The translations under genes were made by a program, and so were the position numbers. From Acidobacteriota bacterium (GTDB taxonomy: Bacteria; Acidobacteriota; Vicinamibacteria; Vicinamibacterales; CAVVIG01): a stretch of DNA of 64,000 nt. Shown piece after piece: positions 1 to 8,903 of this stretch (within the stretch, counting starts at the first letter, position 1; each line of letters starts with the position of its first letter). Where the stretch lies: positions 128,215 to 192,214 of the forward strand of contig JAFDVO010000012.1 in assembly GCA_018268955.1 (NCBI GenBank). Reading direction: 5' to 3'. The notes under the pieces are model-generated. The model ran no database searches. It was given only the letters and a program-made list of their open reading frames with translations, and was not told the origin of the DNA.

Positions 1-693
1 GCCGCGCAGGTCGTGGACGACTCCGGCTTCGTCCGGAGACTGGACGAGCGCTCCGTACATGCGGTCGCTGAAATCGACCCTGTCCATCGCGCCAATCACC
101 AGCTCGATCCCGAGCGGCTCGGCGCGCGACTTCAGCACCTCGATCGTCTGAGGGTAACAGCTGTCCGAGACAAAGAACTGCGACGGCCCGACCACGTGAT
201 CGATCCGCTTCGCCTGCACGCGGTGCAGCAGCGTCATTGCTTCTGCGGCGGCGGTGGCCTCGTCCAGCAACGACGCGGTCGACACCTCCATCCCCGTCAG
301 GTCCGCCACCATCGTCTGGTAGTTCAGGAGCGCTTCGAGCCGCCCCTGCGCGATCTCCGCCTGATACGGCGTGTAGGGTGTGTACCAGCCCGGGTTCTCG
401 AGGACGTTCCGCAGGATGACGCTCGGCGTGACGCAGTCGTAATAGCCGAGGCCGATGTAGGAGCGGAACAGCTGGTTCTTGCCGGCAATACCGCGCAGGT
501 CGCGCAGGAAGGCGTGCTCGGACATGCCGTTCGGCAGGTCGAGCGGTTCGCGCGAGCGGATCCGCCCGGGGATGGCCTCACCCATCAACGCGTCGACCGA
601 CGGCGCACCAACCACCGTCAGCATGTCCGCCGTGTCGGCGGCGTCGGGTCCGATGTGACGGGTCTGGAAGACGTCGTGATCGAGGATGCTCAT
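1..693 (-). CDS. gcvP: Glycine dehydrogenase (decarboxylating) P-protein, N-terminal part; gene runs off the left edge
   Basis: Absent from the ORF track because no stop lies in the window. My reverse translation from ATG 693-691 reads [31 protein letters not shown]...[73 protein letters not shown], a canonical GcvP N-terminus. The start overlaps the gcvH stop (ATGA). Confidence 0.9.
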   Translation of the reverse strand, partial: MSILDHDVFQTRHIGPDAADTADMLTVVGAPSVDALMGEAIPGRIRSREPLDLPNGMSEHAFLRDLRGIAGKNQLFRSYIGLGYYDCVTPSVILRNVLENPGWYTPYTPYQAEIAQGRLEALLNYQTMVADLTGMEVSTASLLDEATAAAEAMTLLHRVQAKRIDHVVGPSQFFVSDSCYPQTIEVLKSRAEPLGIELVIGAMDRVDFSDRMYGALVQSPDEAGVVHDLRG

Positions 694-1067
694 TTCACCA
701 GGTCGGAGTACTGGGTCACGTCGAGGAGCTGGTCGGCTTCGCCCGGGTTCGACAGTTTGATGACCACCATCCAGCTGCCGTGCGGATCGCTGTTCACCGC
801 TTCGGGCTTCTCCTTCAGTGCGGCGTTCACCTCCACCACCTCGCCCGACACCGGCGCGTAGATCTCCGAGACCGCCTTGACCGATTCGATGTTGCCGACC
901 GACTCGCCGGCCTTCACGGTGGACCCAACCTCGGGCAGTTCGAGATAGACCACGTCGCCGAGCTGGGCCTGTGCGTAGTCGGTAATCCCGACCTTGCCGC
1001 GATCGCCCGACAGCTCAATCCATTCGTGGTCCTTCGTGTACTTGAAGCCTGCCGGATAGGCCATCAC
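690..1067 (-). CDS. gcvH: Glycine cleavage system H protein (lipoyl carrier)
   Basis: 125 aa with YTKDHEWI and the lipoyl-lysine motif [17 protein letters not shown]. Sits between gcvT and gcvP, with 4-nt overlaps on both sides. Confidence 0.95.
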   Translation of the reverse strand: MMAYPAGFKYTKDHEWIELSGDRGKVGITDYAQAQLGDVVYLELPEVGSTVKAGESVGNIESVKAVSEIYAPVSGEVVEVNAALKEKPEAVNSDPHGSWMVVIKLSNPGEADQLLDVTQYSDLVK

Positions 1068-2179
1068 TTTGTCCTCTTGTAGAAGGGGGTCGGCACGACC
1101 CTCGCCTTCAGGCGACGGCCGCGAATGTCGATCTCGAGTTCGGTGCCCGCAGCCGACAGCGCGGTCGGCACGTATCCGAGCCCGATGGCTTTCTTCAGGT
1201 AAGGGGTCTGCGTGCCGCTGGTGACGATCCCGACCTGCTCCGCACCGCTGACAATCGGATAGCCGTGTCGCGCGATGCCGCGGTCGATCATCTCAAAGCC
1301 CACGAGCTTGCGGGTGGTGCCTTCGGCCTTCTGGCGCTTGAGCACGTCGCTGCCGACGAAGCTCTCCTTCTTCCAGCCGACGATCCACCCAAGGCCCGCT
1401 TCCACCGGCGTCGTCGATTCGTCGATGTCGTTGCCGTGGAGGCTCATGGCCGCTTCGAGCCGAAGCGTATCGCGCGCGCCGAGTCCACACGGGATCACCC
1501 CGACCGGCTCGCCCGCCTGCATCAGCGCCAGCCAGACCTTGTCGGCCATCTGCGGCGGCACGAAGATCTCGAAGCCGTCCTCGCCGGTGTAGCCGGTACG
1601 GGACACCGTGGCGCGGACGCCGGCGACCTCGCCATGTGCGAACCAGTAGTACTTCATCGACGCGAGGTCGATACCGGTCAGCGGCTGCACCACGTCGATC
1701 GCCCGCGGCCCCTGGACCGCGATCAGCGCGTACCTCGAGCTCGCATTCACGGCAACGGCGTCGCCCGCGGGCGTGATCCCCTCGACGATGTGGGCGAAGT
1801 CCTTGTCGATGTGGGAGGCGTTGACGACCAGCATGTAGTGCTGGTTGGCGAGCTTGTAGACGAGGAGATCGTCGACAAACGTCCCCTGCTCGGTCAGCAG
1901 GCCGGAGTACTGCGCCTGGCCGATCTGGAGCTTGCTCGCGTCGTTGCACGAGATCCGCTGCACCGCCTCGAGGGCGTTGCTGCCGGCAATCTCGATCTGG
2001 CCCATGTGGCTCACGTCGAACAGGCCGGCCCGTTCACGAACCGCGAGGTGCTCGGCGGTGATGCCGGAATATTCGACCGGCATCTCCCAGCCGGCGAAGG
2101 GCACCATTTTCGCGCCGAGCGCACGATGACGGGCGTTGAGCGGCGTCTTCTTGAGAGGCGTATCGGTGGCCTGTTCCAT
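1064..2179 (-). CDS. gcvT: Glycine cleavage system T protein (aminomethyltransferase)
   Basis: 371 aa. KKTPLNARHRALGAKMVPFAGWEMPVEYSG and VSRTGYTGEDGFEIF are typical GcvT motifs. First gene of the gcvTHP operon. Confidence 0.95.
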   Translation of the reverse strand: MEQATDTPLKKTPLNARHRALGAKMVPFAGWEMPVEYSGITAEHLAVRERAGLFDVSHMGQIEIAGSNALEAVQRISCNDASKLQIGQAQYSGLLTEQGTFVDDLLVYKLANQHYMLVVNASHIDKDFAHIVEGITPAGDAVAVNASSRYALIAVQGPRAIDVVQPLTGIDLASMKYYWFAHGEVAGVRATVSRTGYTGEDGFEIFVPPQMADKVWLALMQAGEPVGVIPCGLGARDTLRLEAAMSLHGNDIDESTTPVEAGLGWIVGWKKESFVGSDVLKRQKAEGTTRKLVGFEMIDRGIARHGYPIVSGAEQVGIVTSGTQTPYLKKAIGLGYVPTALSAAGTELEIDIRGRRLKARVVPTPFYKRTK

Positions 2180-2270
2180 GGAGGATTTTGCTGTGAAGGA
2201 AACAGGCCAACGGTACTATGTGCCTTCGCGCGTGGTCAAGGAAGGCGCCGTCCCAACGCCCGCCGGGCGA

Positions 2271-2462
2271 TCACTCCCGGGTGGGCGCTGACAGGAGGTA
2301 TGCGACGCCCGCGCAGACCGCCATGACGCCGAGCGCGACGACGCTGGTGATCGGCCGCGTGTGCCACGCCGCTGGCGCCAGCGGAATCAGCAGCGCGACC
2401 GCGACGCCCGCGAGCACGACGCCGACGATGAGCCCGATGAGCATGCCTCCTGTCCGTCCCAT
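2271..2462 (-). CDS. Small two-TM membrane protein (63 aa), unknown function
   Basis: Internal ATG of ORF 2271..2660, preceded by a strong SD (GAAGGAGGAGAG-ATG). The product MGRTGGMLIGLIVGVVLAGVAVALLIPLAP...VVALGVMAVCAGVAYLL has two hydrophobic helices. Lies 17 nt downstream of the 2480..3337 gene. Confidence 0.6.
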   Translation of the reverse strand: MGRTGGMLIGLIVGVVLAGVAVALLIPLAPAAWHTRPITSVVALGVMAVCAGVAYLLSAPTRE

Positions 2463-2479
2463 CTCTCCTCCTTCGGGAT

Positions 2480-3337
2480 CTACCAGTTGAATCCGGTGCA
2501 GCTCAGGAAGCCGAACCAGTACGACTCGATTTGCACGAGCCACCGCACCGCACAGAGCTCCTGCATGCGATTCTCCAGGATGTTGCCGGACACGGAGATG
2601 TAGCACGACACGTAGTCGGTCCAGGCTTCCGTCATGCGGGTTTCCATGAGCGCGAAGCAATCGAGCGCCATGCCCGCGGGTCGGGTGCCAGCCCTGCCCC
2701 GCCGCCCGAGGTGCTCGGCGATGCGCCGCGGCGCCCCGACATCCCCCGTGAGCAGACCGACTTCGGCATCGGTGATGATCATCGCGATCCCGGACGGCGT
2801 CCGGTCGTCGGCGTTGATGAGTGCATCCGCGAGCGCCCGGTAGCGCAGGACCGACGGCGAGTCGGCCAGCAGCCGGCGCGCCTCGCCGATCCGCGAGTTC
2901 GATCGGGAGGAACGCGGCAGGTCCACGCGCTGCCGTCCGCGCTGCACGGTCGTTCCATTGTTGGTGATGGCGATGTTGACCGTCTCCTGTCCCGATGCCA
3001 GCTTCAACACCACCTCACCGGTCGCCTGCACCGTCTTGGTGACCCGTAGGTCTCCACTCACGGCGGTCACTTCCGCTCCCCCGTCCGCCGCGGGACGGAG
3101 TTCGAAGGTGGCGTCAGCCTTGTCGTTCCTCGTGACCTGCGCGGCGGGGCGGACCTGCGCGCCCCCGCGCCCCTGGACCGCCCTCACCGCCACTGCCCGT
3201 GGAGCCGCCTGCGTCTCTGCGGTCCCTGCCGCGCAGGACACCGCGCCGAAGCTCGGTGTCGTCCCCGCGTAGGCCGTGCCGGCCAGCATCAGCAGGCCCA
3301 TCCCCAACATCATCCCGCCCTGTCGTACGTTCCTCAT
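2480..3337 (-). CDS. Secreted hypothetical protein with a Cys/Trp-rich C-terminal region
   Basis: 285 aa with an N-terminal signal-like segment (MMLGMGLLMLAGTAYAG). The C-terminus reads DCFALMETRMTEAWTDYVSCYISVSGNILENRMQELCAVRWLVQIESYWFGFLSCTGFNW. I recognise no family motif. Amino-acid composition is plausible for coding. Confidence 0.6.
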   Translation of the reverse strand: MRNVRQGGMMLGMGLLMLAGTAYAGTTPSFGAVSCAAGTAETQAAPRAVAVRAVQGRGGAQVRPAAQVTRNDKADATFELRPAADGGAEVTAVSGDLRVTKTVQATGEVVLKLASGQETVNIAITNNGTTVQRGRQRVDLPRSSRSNSRIGEARRLLADSPSVLRYRALADALINADDRTPSGIAMIITDAEVGLLTGDVGAPRRIAEHLGRRGRAGTRPAGMALDCFALMETRMTEAWTDYVSCYISVSGNILENRMQELCAVRWLVQIESYWFGFLSCTGFNW

Positions 3338-3476
3338 GCGTGCTCCTGCCGGACATCACGTCCGGAGCGGCGCCAGACGACGCCGCGTCGGGGTACGCGT
3401 GCGACCTTGCAGCCGGTGTGGCTGCCCCTGCCTCGTGCACCCGATCGGCCGGAGACACCCGGCCTGCGCCGCCGCG

Positions 3477-4922
3477 TCAGGATGCGGCGGCGACTGGGTC
3501 GGCCTCGTCCGAGGCCTCGATGTCCTCGACTGGCATATCCTCCGCGGTGTCCGCCGGCGCATCGACCGGGAACCGGAGATAGCTGTTCAGGGTGTGATAG
3601 GTGATGCCGAGGACGCGCGCGGTTTCGCGCTTGTTGCCGCCACACCGCTCGTAGACGAGCCGCGCGTAGCGGCTGCCCCAGGCCCGCATGGTTTCACGGC
3701 GCCGGATCGAGGGCATCAGCACCGCCTCGTATTCACCGCGGACGGCGGCCGGAAGGTCGTCCAGCTCGATGACGGCGCTTCCCGCGAGTGCGACGGCCCG
3801 CTCAATGACGCGCTCGAGTTCGCGGACGTTTCCGGGCCAGTCGTGCAGCAACAGCGCGTCGCGTGCGCCCTCGGACAGGTGCAGCACGCGGACCTCGCGA
3901 TGCCGCTCGAGGAAGTACGCCGCAAGTTCCACGATGTCCGGTCGACGCTCGCGGAGTGACGGCACGCGGATGTCGACGCCGCTCAGGCGGTAGTAGAGGT
4001 CCGCTCGAAACAGGCGATGGTCCACCATCGATTTGAGGCTGCGATTGGTCGCGGCGACGATGCGAATGTCGACCCGCTGCGTGCCCTGGCCGCCCACCCG
4101 TTCCACCGCGAGGTCCTGAATGGCGCGCAGCAGCTTCGCCTGGGCGGTCATCGACAAGTCCGACACTTCGTCCAGGAACAACGTCCCGCCATCGGCGCAC
4201 TCGAACTTGCCGCGGCGGCCGCGCACACCGGTCGCGGTTCGCTCTTCAATCCCGAAGAGCTCGGCCTCGAGCAGCGTTTCCACCAGCGCCGCGCAGTTGA
4301 TGGCGACGAACGGACCGGATCGGCGGGGGCTCAGCTCATGGATCTGCCTCGCGACGAGTTCCTTGCCGACACCCGATTCGCCCTCGAGCAACACCGTGAA
4401 GTCGGTCGTGGCCACCCGCTCGATGCGCGCACGTAGCTCCGCCATCGCAGGCGTGGTGCCGATCAACGGCGCGGCGCCGTCGCGACGTGGCCGGCCGGGC
4501 GGGGCAGGCTGCGGACGTGTGCCCTGCCGGCCCCGTTCCGCCTCGAGGACCAGCGCCGCGAGCTGCGCCGCGTGCCCCATCATCTGGAACTCCCAGTCCG
4601 CGAGGCGCCGGTGCGGCTCGAACGTCGCCTCGAGGATGCCGCGCTGTGCGGGCGTCGGCCCGGGCACTTCGAACGCCACCGACTCCAGCCCGCTGTCGGT
4701 GCGCGACGCCGCCCAGCGGCTCGCGCTCTCGCGCAGCGCGATCGCCTGCACCGGCAGGACCTGCTGCAGCGCACTCTCGAAGGCCGCACGTACCTGCCCC
4801 GGCTCCGACCTGGTACCGACGATGCGCCCCAGCGTCGCAATCACATCACCAATTCCTCGTCGCCTATCCCGCTGCCGGCGCAGCAGCGCGCCGGCGTCGT
4901 GCTGTTCGTTGGCCACATGCAT
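3477..4922 (-). CDS. Sigma-54-type enhancer-binding protein (AAA+ plus Fis-type HTH) with a GAF-like N-terminal region and a degenerate GAFTGA loop
   Basis: Walker A LLEGESGVGKE, Walker B GGTLFLDEV, and a C-terminal HTH (NKRETARVLGITYHTLNSYL). Where GAFTGA is expected, the sequence reads ELFGIEERTATGV. I moved the start to ATG 4922 (MHVANEQ...) because it is preceded by AGGAG; the track ORF begins at 5120. Confidence 0.85.
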   Translation of the reverse strand: MHVANEQHDAGALLRRQRDRRRGIGDVIATLGRIVGTRSEPGQVRAAFESALQQVLPVQAIALRESASRWAASRTDSGLESVAFEVPGPTPAQRGILEATFEPHRRLADWEFQMMGHAAQLAALVLEAERGRQGTRPQPAPPGRPRRDGAAPLIGTTPAMAELRARIERVATTDFTVLLEGESGVGKELVARQIHELSPRRSGPFVAINCAALVETLLEAELFGIEERTATGVRGRRGKFECADGGTLFLDEVSDLSMTAQAKLLRAIQDLAVERVGGQGTQRVDIRIVAATNRSLKSMVDHRLFRADLYYRLSGVDIRVPSLRERRPDIVELAAYFLERHREVRVLHLSEGARDALLLHDWPGNVRELERVIERAVALAGSAVIELDDLPAAVRGEYEAVLMPSIRRRETMRAWGSRYARLVYERCGGNKRETARVLGITYHTLNSYLRFPVDAPADTAEDMPVEDIEASDEADPVAAAS

Positions 4923-4956
4923 CGAGTGGTCTCCTGTGTCGTGTGCGGAAGGGAGA

Positions 4957-4972
4957 ACCAAACGGAGTGCCA
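4957..4972 (-). promoter_or_regulatory. Candidate sigma-54 (-24/-12) promoter upstream of the activator gene
   Basis: The minus strand reads TGGCAC-TCCGT-TTGGT. The -24 element and 5-nt spacer are perfect, but the -12 element is TTGG rather than TTGC. It lies ~35 nt upstream of ATG 4922. Confidence 0.3.
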
Positions 4973-5143
4973 CCACGACCGTTTCGAGCAAGGCCGCAAA
5001 CTGTGCGGATTTCGGCGATGTTGCTGGTGCGAAGGGGACGTGATCGCGGGAAGGCGGTGCCCGCGTGGGTGCGAGCAGCGTGGGCGTAGGCGTGCGCCGT
5101 CGGCCCGCGGCGCGGTTCAACTCAGGGCGGGGACCCGACAGAC

Positions 5144-5167
5144 GGGAGGCGCGGGCAACGCGCTCCC
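5144..5167 (-). terminator. Hairpin between the hpf-like gene and the activator gene (possible terminator)
   Basis: GGGAG(G)CGCG-ggcaa-CGCGCTCCC: 9 bp with one bulge. Sits just downstream of the hpf-like stop on the minus strand. The U-tract is weak (GTCTGTC). Confidence 0.3.
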
Positions 5168-5196
5168 GCCTGTGGTCTGGTCGTGCGTCTCCGTCC

Positions 5197-5514
5197 CTAC
5201 ACGTCTTCCATGCGGTCGAACACGCGACCGACGGTCCGTTCGAGCTTGTCGGCCGCGCCGTTCACCGCCTGTTCAACCGTCGGCGCGAAGTGCGTCACCG
5301 CGACCGGTGCACGCCCGTTGAGCCGCGCTTCCATCATGCAGCGCTTGTCGCCGCTTCCCTGCTTCTGGCTGCTGTTCGTGTCCTCGAGGTGGACCTGCAC
5401 GCGGGTGACCCGATCCTCGAAGCGGCCGACCGCCGAGGTGACCGACGCTTCGACCCCCTCAGTCAACCGCTGAGTGCTCTCAATGTTCGGGTCGGTATGG
5501 ATCTGCACTATCAC
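5197..5514 (-). CDS. hpf: HPF/RaiA-family ribosome-associated protein (short form)
   Basis: VIVQIHTDPNIE...GRFEDRVTRVQVHLEDTNSSQKQGSGDKRCMMEARLNGRAPVAVTHFAPTVEQAVNGAADKLERTVGRV matches the short HPF/RaiA pattern (..TRVEVHL.DEN....DKRC..EAR..G..P.AV.H......A..GA..KLE). I chose GTG 5514 because GGAGCAGGAGGG lies upstream; the track starts at TTG 5544. Confidence 0.8.
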   Translation of the reverse strand: MIVQIHTDPNIESTQRLTEGVEASVTSAVGRFEDRVTRVQVHLEDTNSSQKQGSGDKRCMMEARLNGRAPVAVTHFAPTVEQAVNGAADKLERTVGRVFDRMEDV

Positions 5515-5552
5515 GGCGAAACCCTCCTGCTCCGGGAGCAGCAATCACTGCG

Positions 5553-5575
5553 CCGGGGAACCGGACCGGGGAACC
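5553..5575. repeat. Tandem direct repeat CCGGGGAACC-GGA-CCGGGGAACC upstream of hpf-like
   Basis: Read directly from the sequence. Two identical 10-mers are separated by 3 nt, about 40-60 nt upstream of the hpf-like start. Possibly an operator or 5'-UTR element. Confidence 0.5.
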
Positions 5576-5730
5576 AGGAACTCCCGAAACGCCGAACTTG
5601 CCAGCGTGGACCCGAATTCGGCGAGGGCGATCTGATTCGGATCCGCTCGGCTGGTAGACGTCGCGGGTGGCTTCAGCTGTGCTGCGCCGATCCTGGCGTC
5701 GCTGGCACGCGCGTGGCACGGGTGGCGGGC

Positions 5731-5955
5731 ATGCACCAGAACAGGAACCAGTGCGGTGCCCGATCAGGCGCGGGACCGACGGTGATCTCTCGCGGCGACG
5801 CCGAGTCGACTCGCAGCGCCGAGGCCGGTCCACCGCAGCCGTGTCCACGCTGCGGTGAGCACGCGGTCGAGATGCGGTCGCGGGAGGACCTGGTGGAGCG
5901 ATGGGCCTGTCCGCGTTGCGGCGACACCTGGATCGTGCCCCGCGCGGGGGCGTGA
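5731..5955 (+). CDS. Possible small zinc-ribbon protein (74 aa)
   Basis: C-terminal CPRCGEHAVEMRSREDLVERWACPRCGDTW is a CxxC-x17-CxxC ribbon with GC-rich third positions. It is a lone plus-strand ORF in a 600-nt gap, with a weak RBS and an uncertain start. Confidence 0.35.
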   Translation: MHQNRNQCGARSGAGPTVISRGDAESTRSAEAGPPQPCPRCGEHAVEMRSREDLVERWACPRCGDTWIVPRAGA

Positions 5956-6160
5956 GGCGAACGTCGGGCGTCGCCGTGCGCGGACGTCGTCCAACAGCAA
6001 CACGGCTGACCGGTTCGCGCTATCCGCTGGCTGCCACGCCGCTCGACGCCACTCGGGGCCGTTGCGGCCATCGCGACGAGATGGATCTGCGCCGTCAGTT
6101 CGATGCCGTGGTGCACATCGATCACACGATAGCGCTCCACCTTCACTAGCGCCCGGAGGG

Positions 6161-8863
6161 CTACTCCGAAGGCCGGGTGGATCGCACGGCATGGTCGACG
6201 CTGATATCGGCGAGACGAACGGGGCGCTGTGGACCGATCACGAGCGAGTTCATGCCCACATGACGCGCCGACGCAGGGATGGCGACGCGGTAGACACTCC
6301 AGCCGGCGCCGACTGTCAGTGGATCGAGGTGCGCACCATTCACGGTGATGTCGACGCGCTGCCCCGCGTCACTCCAGAGCTGCACCGCGATGGTTCGGCA
6401 GTCGCCCTCGCCGCAAGGCAGCAGCACCTCGGCATCGCCCTGGATGGTGACGGCGAACGGCCCCGTTTCGTCGCTGGTGACGGGCGACCATCCCACCCCC
6501 AGGAACAATCGATGGTGATCCCTCGCGACATGCAGTCGCTTCGTGGCGCCATCGACCTGCTCGAGCTGCTCGGTCAGGTCGATTGGAGCGGCATTGGCGA
6601 GTCCCCCGCCTGTCCATCTCGCCGCGACAGAATCCGGCAGCCCACCGAAGGCAAGATGCCAGCTCCCCTCCTCTGCAGGCAGTGCGATGCGGTACACATG
6701 CGCCATTCCCGTCCACTGGCTCACGTCCGCGAAACCGTCCTCGCGCAGCGCACCTGCCAGTGCGTCACCCGCCAGCTCACGCACATCCAGCGCATCACTC
6801 GCGGCACCGGCATCGATGAGCTGCGGCGCCAGGGTGCGAGACCGCCGCGCCGCGTAGAGCACCATGGGCGTGCGGCTCGGGTGCTGAACGTGCGCGTCAA
6901 CGGCCAGCGAAGGCGGCGGAGTACGAAGCCGCACGTGACCGCCGACGGCTGCTGCTGTGAGGTTCGCGCCTGCCGCGTCAACCGGAGTCGAGTCTGGGAG
7001 TGCGCGGAGGCGATGGAGATCGACGGGCGAACTCGGCATTGGGACCCGGCCCTCGTCCGTCAGCGCGAGAGCGGCCACCAGATCGCCACGCGGACTCCAT
7101 ACGGCGAGCACCGGCTGCGAGGATCTGATGACGACGCGCGACCCGATGCGGATCGCGGCTTCGTCGTACGACGCCTCGGCGAGCACATCCGCCGGCGCAC
7201 TGATCGTCGTATTCCCGACCGGCGTGCCGCGTCCCACGAAGGCTGACGCGCGGCTCCGCGCGTCTTCGGATTCCACGGCGCTGGCACCGCCGATCACGCC
7301 GATCACGGCACGGTTGGCAAACGACGGCACCGGACGGCGTGCACCGATGATCGCGGCCGGCACGGCGTCCTGCGCGAGAGCGGTGCCCAGTCGCATGGCC
7401 GGCACCGCATAGGCAATGACGGACCCGCGTGGCTGGTCATCGAGGAACTGCTGCAGCGACCCATACTCGAGCGGCCACTTCGCGTAGTCGAAGGGGAAGC
7501 CGCTCTGCCGCAGTCGCGAGGCGCTGGAGGCGAAGGCGAACAACTGCCGTCCCCCGCCGGCGTACTCCTCGACCCGCGCCGGTGTCGCTTCAACCTGCGC
7601 GACCAGGTCCCGATCCTGAAAGGCCGGGTTGCTGAATTTCTCGTACAGCACCATCCGATCGACGAGGAAGTCCTCAGCAAGGATCCCCGAGCGCCCCGGG
7701 AGTTGTGTGACCAGCGCGTCGAAGTACCGCATTTCGAATCGGCGATGGCTTAGGTCCCTGGCGTCGAGATTCGTTCGCAGGTGCCAGACTGCAATGAACG
7801 TGAGAGCGACGCTCGCCACCAGAGAGGCGAGCCGCATCCGACGCTCCTGCAGGAGGCTGATGATGCCGTGCACACCGCATGCAGCCAGCAGCCAGGTGCT
7901 GACGAACGCTGGCTGAAGGAACCCCTCGGTCTGGCCCGAGAAGAAAGTGCAGAACGCGAGGACGCCCGCGAGCGACCCGAGCAGCAGTCCGAGCGCGGGG
8001 CGGTTCTTCCACGCGAGCACGCCAACGCCGGCGATCGCCAGCGCTGCTGCGGGCCAGGACACTTCCTCGATGAGGCGGGCGACAACCACCGGGAACCGCT
8101 CCGTGAGGGTCGCGAGGGTCGGCGCTGCCAGATAGCCCGTCCATCGAGCCCCGCGGATCACGTCGATGAGCTCGGGCAGAGTGCTGGCCGGCGACTCGCC
8201 CCATGCGCCTTGACGGGTGCGCACCAGCACGAACAGGTACTGTGAGAAGCCGAGCGCGAACAGGCCGAGGATTGACGCGATCGTGCGGGGACGCAGTGAG
8301 AAACCGGGCGCGATGGCAATGGCGAATACGGCCACGCCAGGTCCGACCGTCACGATGCTGGTGTGGTGACCGAGCCCGATGGAGAACGCGGCGATCCCCG
8401 CGAAGAACCAGGCAGGCCGTTGTGTTCGCTGCCATCTGCCGAGGGCGGCGACCATCGCCGCGAACAGCGTTCCGTGCAGGGCGTAAACCTCAGCGATCGT
8501 CGCCGAGAACCAGAACCCCGCACCGGTCGCCAGGCCCAGCGATACGGCGCTCGCCACGAGCGGTGAGATGCCGAGATCCATGGCCGCGCGACCCACAAGC
8601 GCGACGGTTGTCGCCGCGCACACCGCTGACAGCATGTTGATGCGCCATGCCAGGTTCCCGAGCGGGATCAGCCCGAACACGTGCGAGACCACCACATAGA
8701 ACGGGTAGCCCGGCGGATGCGCGGTGCCGAGGATGCGGCCGACGAACTGGAACTTGGGCGTGTCCTCGATCGCGACAAGGCCCGGGGCGACGGTCGAGGC
8801 GTACAGCGCCAGCGCCAGTGCCCCGCATACCGCGGAGACGACGATCGAGCGTCGGTTGGGCAC
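6161..8863 (-). CDS. DUF2723 (TMEM260-like) GT-C-type polytopic membrane protein with a large C-terminal extracytoplasmic domain
   Basis: N-terminal signature LYASTVAPGLVAIEDTPKFQFVGRILGTAHPPGYPFYVV, then about 10+ hydrophobic helices and a ~400-aa soluble C-terminal region. The track start (9076) would overlap the upstream small gene, so I place the start at GTG 8863 (VPNRRSIVVSAV...). The start remains uncertain. Confidence 0.8.
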   Translation of the reverse strand: MPNRRSIVVSAVCGALALALYASTVAPGLVAIEDTPKFQFVGRILGTAHPPGYPFYVVVSHVFGLIPLGNLAWRINMLSAVCAATTVALVGRAAMDLGISPLVASAVSLGLATGAGFWFSATIAEVYALHGTLFAAMVAALGRWQRTQRPAWFFAGIAAFSIGLGHHTSIVTVGPGVAVFAIAIAPGFSLRPRTIASILGLFALGFSQYLFVLVRTRQGAWGESPASTLPELIDVIRGARWTGYLAAPTLATLTERFPVVVARLIEEVSWPAAALAIAGVGVLAWKNRPALGLLLGSLAGVLAFCTFFSGQTEGFLQPAFVSTWLLAACGVHGIISLLQERRMRLASLVASVALTFIAVWHLRTNLDARDLSHRRFEMRYFDALVTQLPGRSGILAEDFLVDRMVLYEKFSNPAFQDRDLVAQVEATPARVEEYAGGGRQLFAFASSASRLRQSGFPFDYAKWPLEYGSLQQFLDDQPRGSVIAYAVPAMRLGTALAQDAVPAAIIGARRPVPSFANRAVIGVIGGASAVESEDARSRASAFVGRGTPVGNTTISAPADVLAEASYDEAAIRIGSRVVIRSSQPVLAVWSPRGDLVAALALTDEGRVPMPSSPVDLHRLRALPDSTPVDAAGANLTAAAVGGHVRLRTPPPSLAVDAHVQHPSRTPMVLYAARRSRTLAPQLIDAGAASDALDVRELAGDALAGALREDGFADVSQWTGMAHVYRIALPAEEGSWHLAFGGLPDSVAARWTGGGLANAAPIDLTEQLEQVDGATKRLHVARDHHRLFLGVGWSPVTSDETGPFAVTIQGDAEVLLPCGEGDCRTIAVQLWSDAGQRVDITVNGAHLDPLTVGAGWSVYRVAIPASARHVGMNSLVIGPQRPVRLADISVDHAVRSTRPSE

Positions 8864-8903
8864 GAGGGGCCTATTATCGCGTGCCTGTTTCGCCGCGCGG
8901 TGC

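Noticed and set aside
13-861. 282-aa plus-strand ORF at the left edge
   Set aside because: It is antisense to the clearly recognisable gcvP and gcvH reading frames. Its Arg/His/Pro-rich, motif-free composition is typical of high-GC shadow ORFs.
2180-2270. Possible glycine riboswitch in the 91-nt leader of gcvT
   Set aside because: Only loose resemblances are present (CGGGAGTG, GCGCGAAGGCAC). I could not find the conserved GGAGAG...CCGAAGGGGCAA...CTCAGGCAAAAGGAC cores, nor room for a tandem aptamer. cmsearch with RF00504 is needed to settle it.
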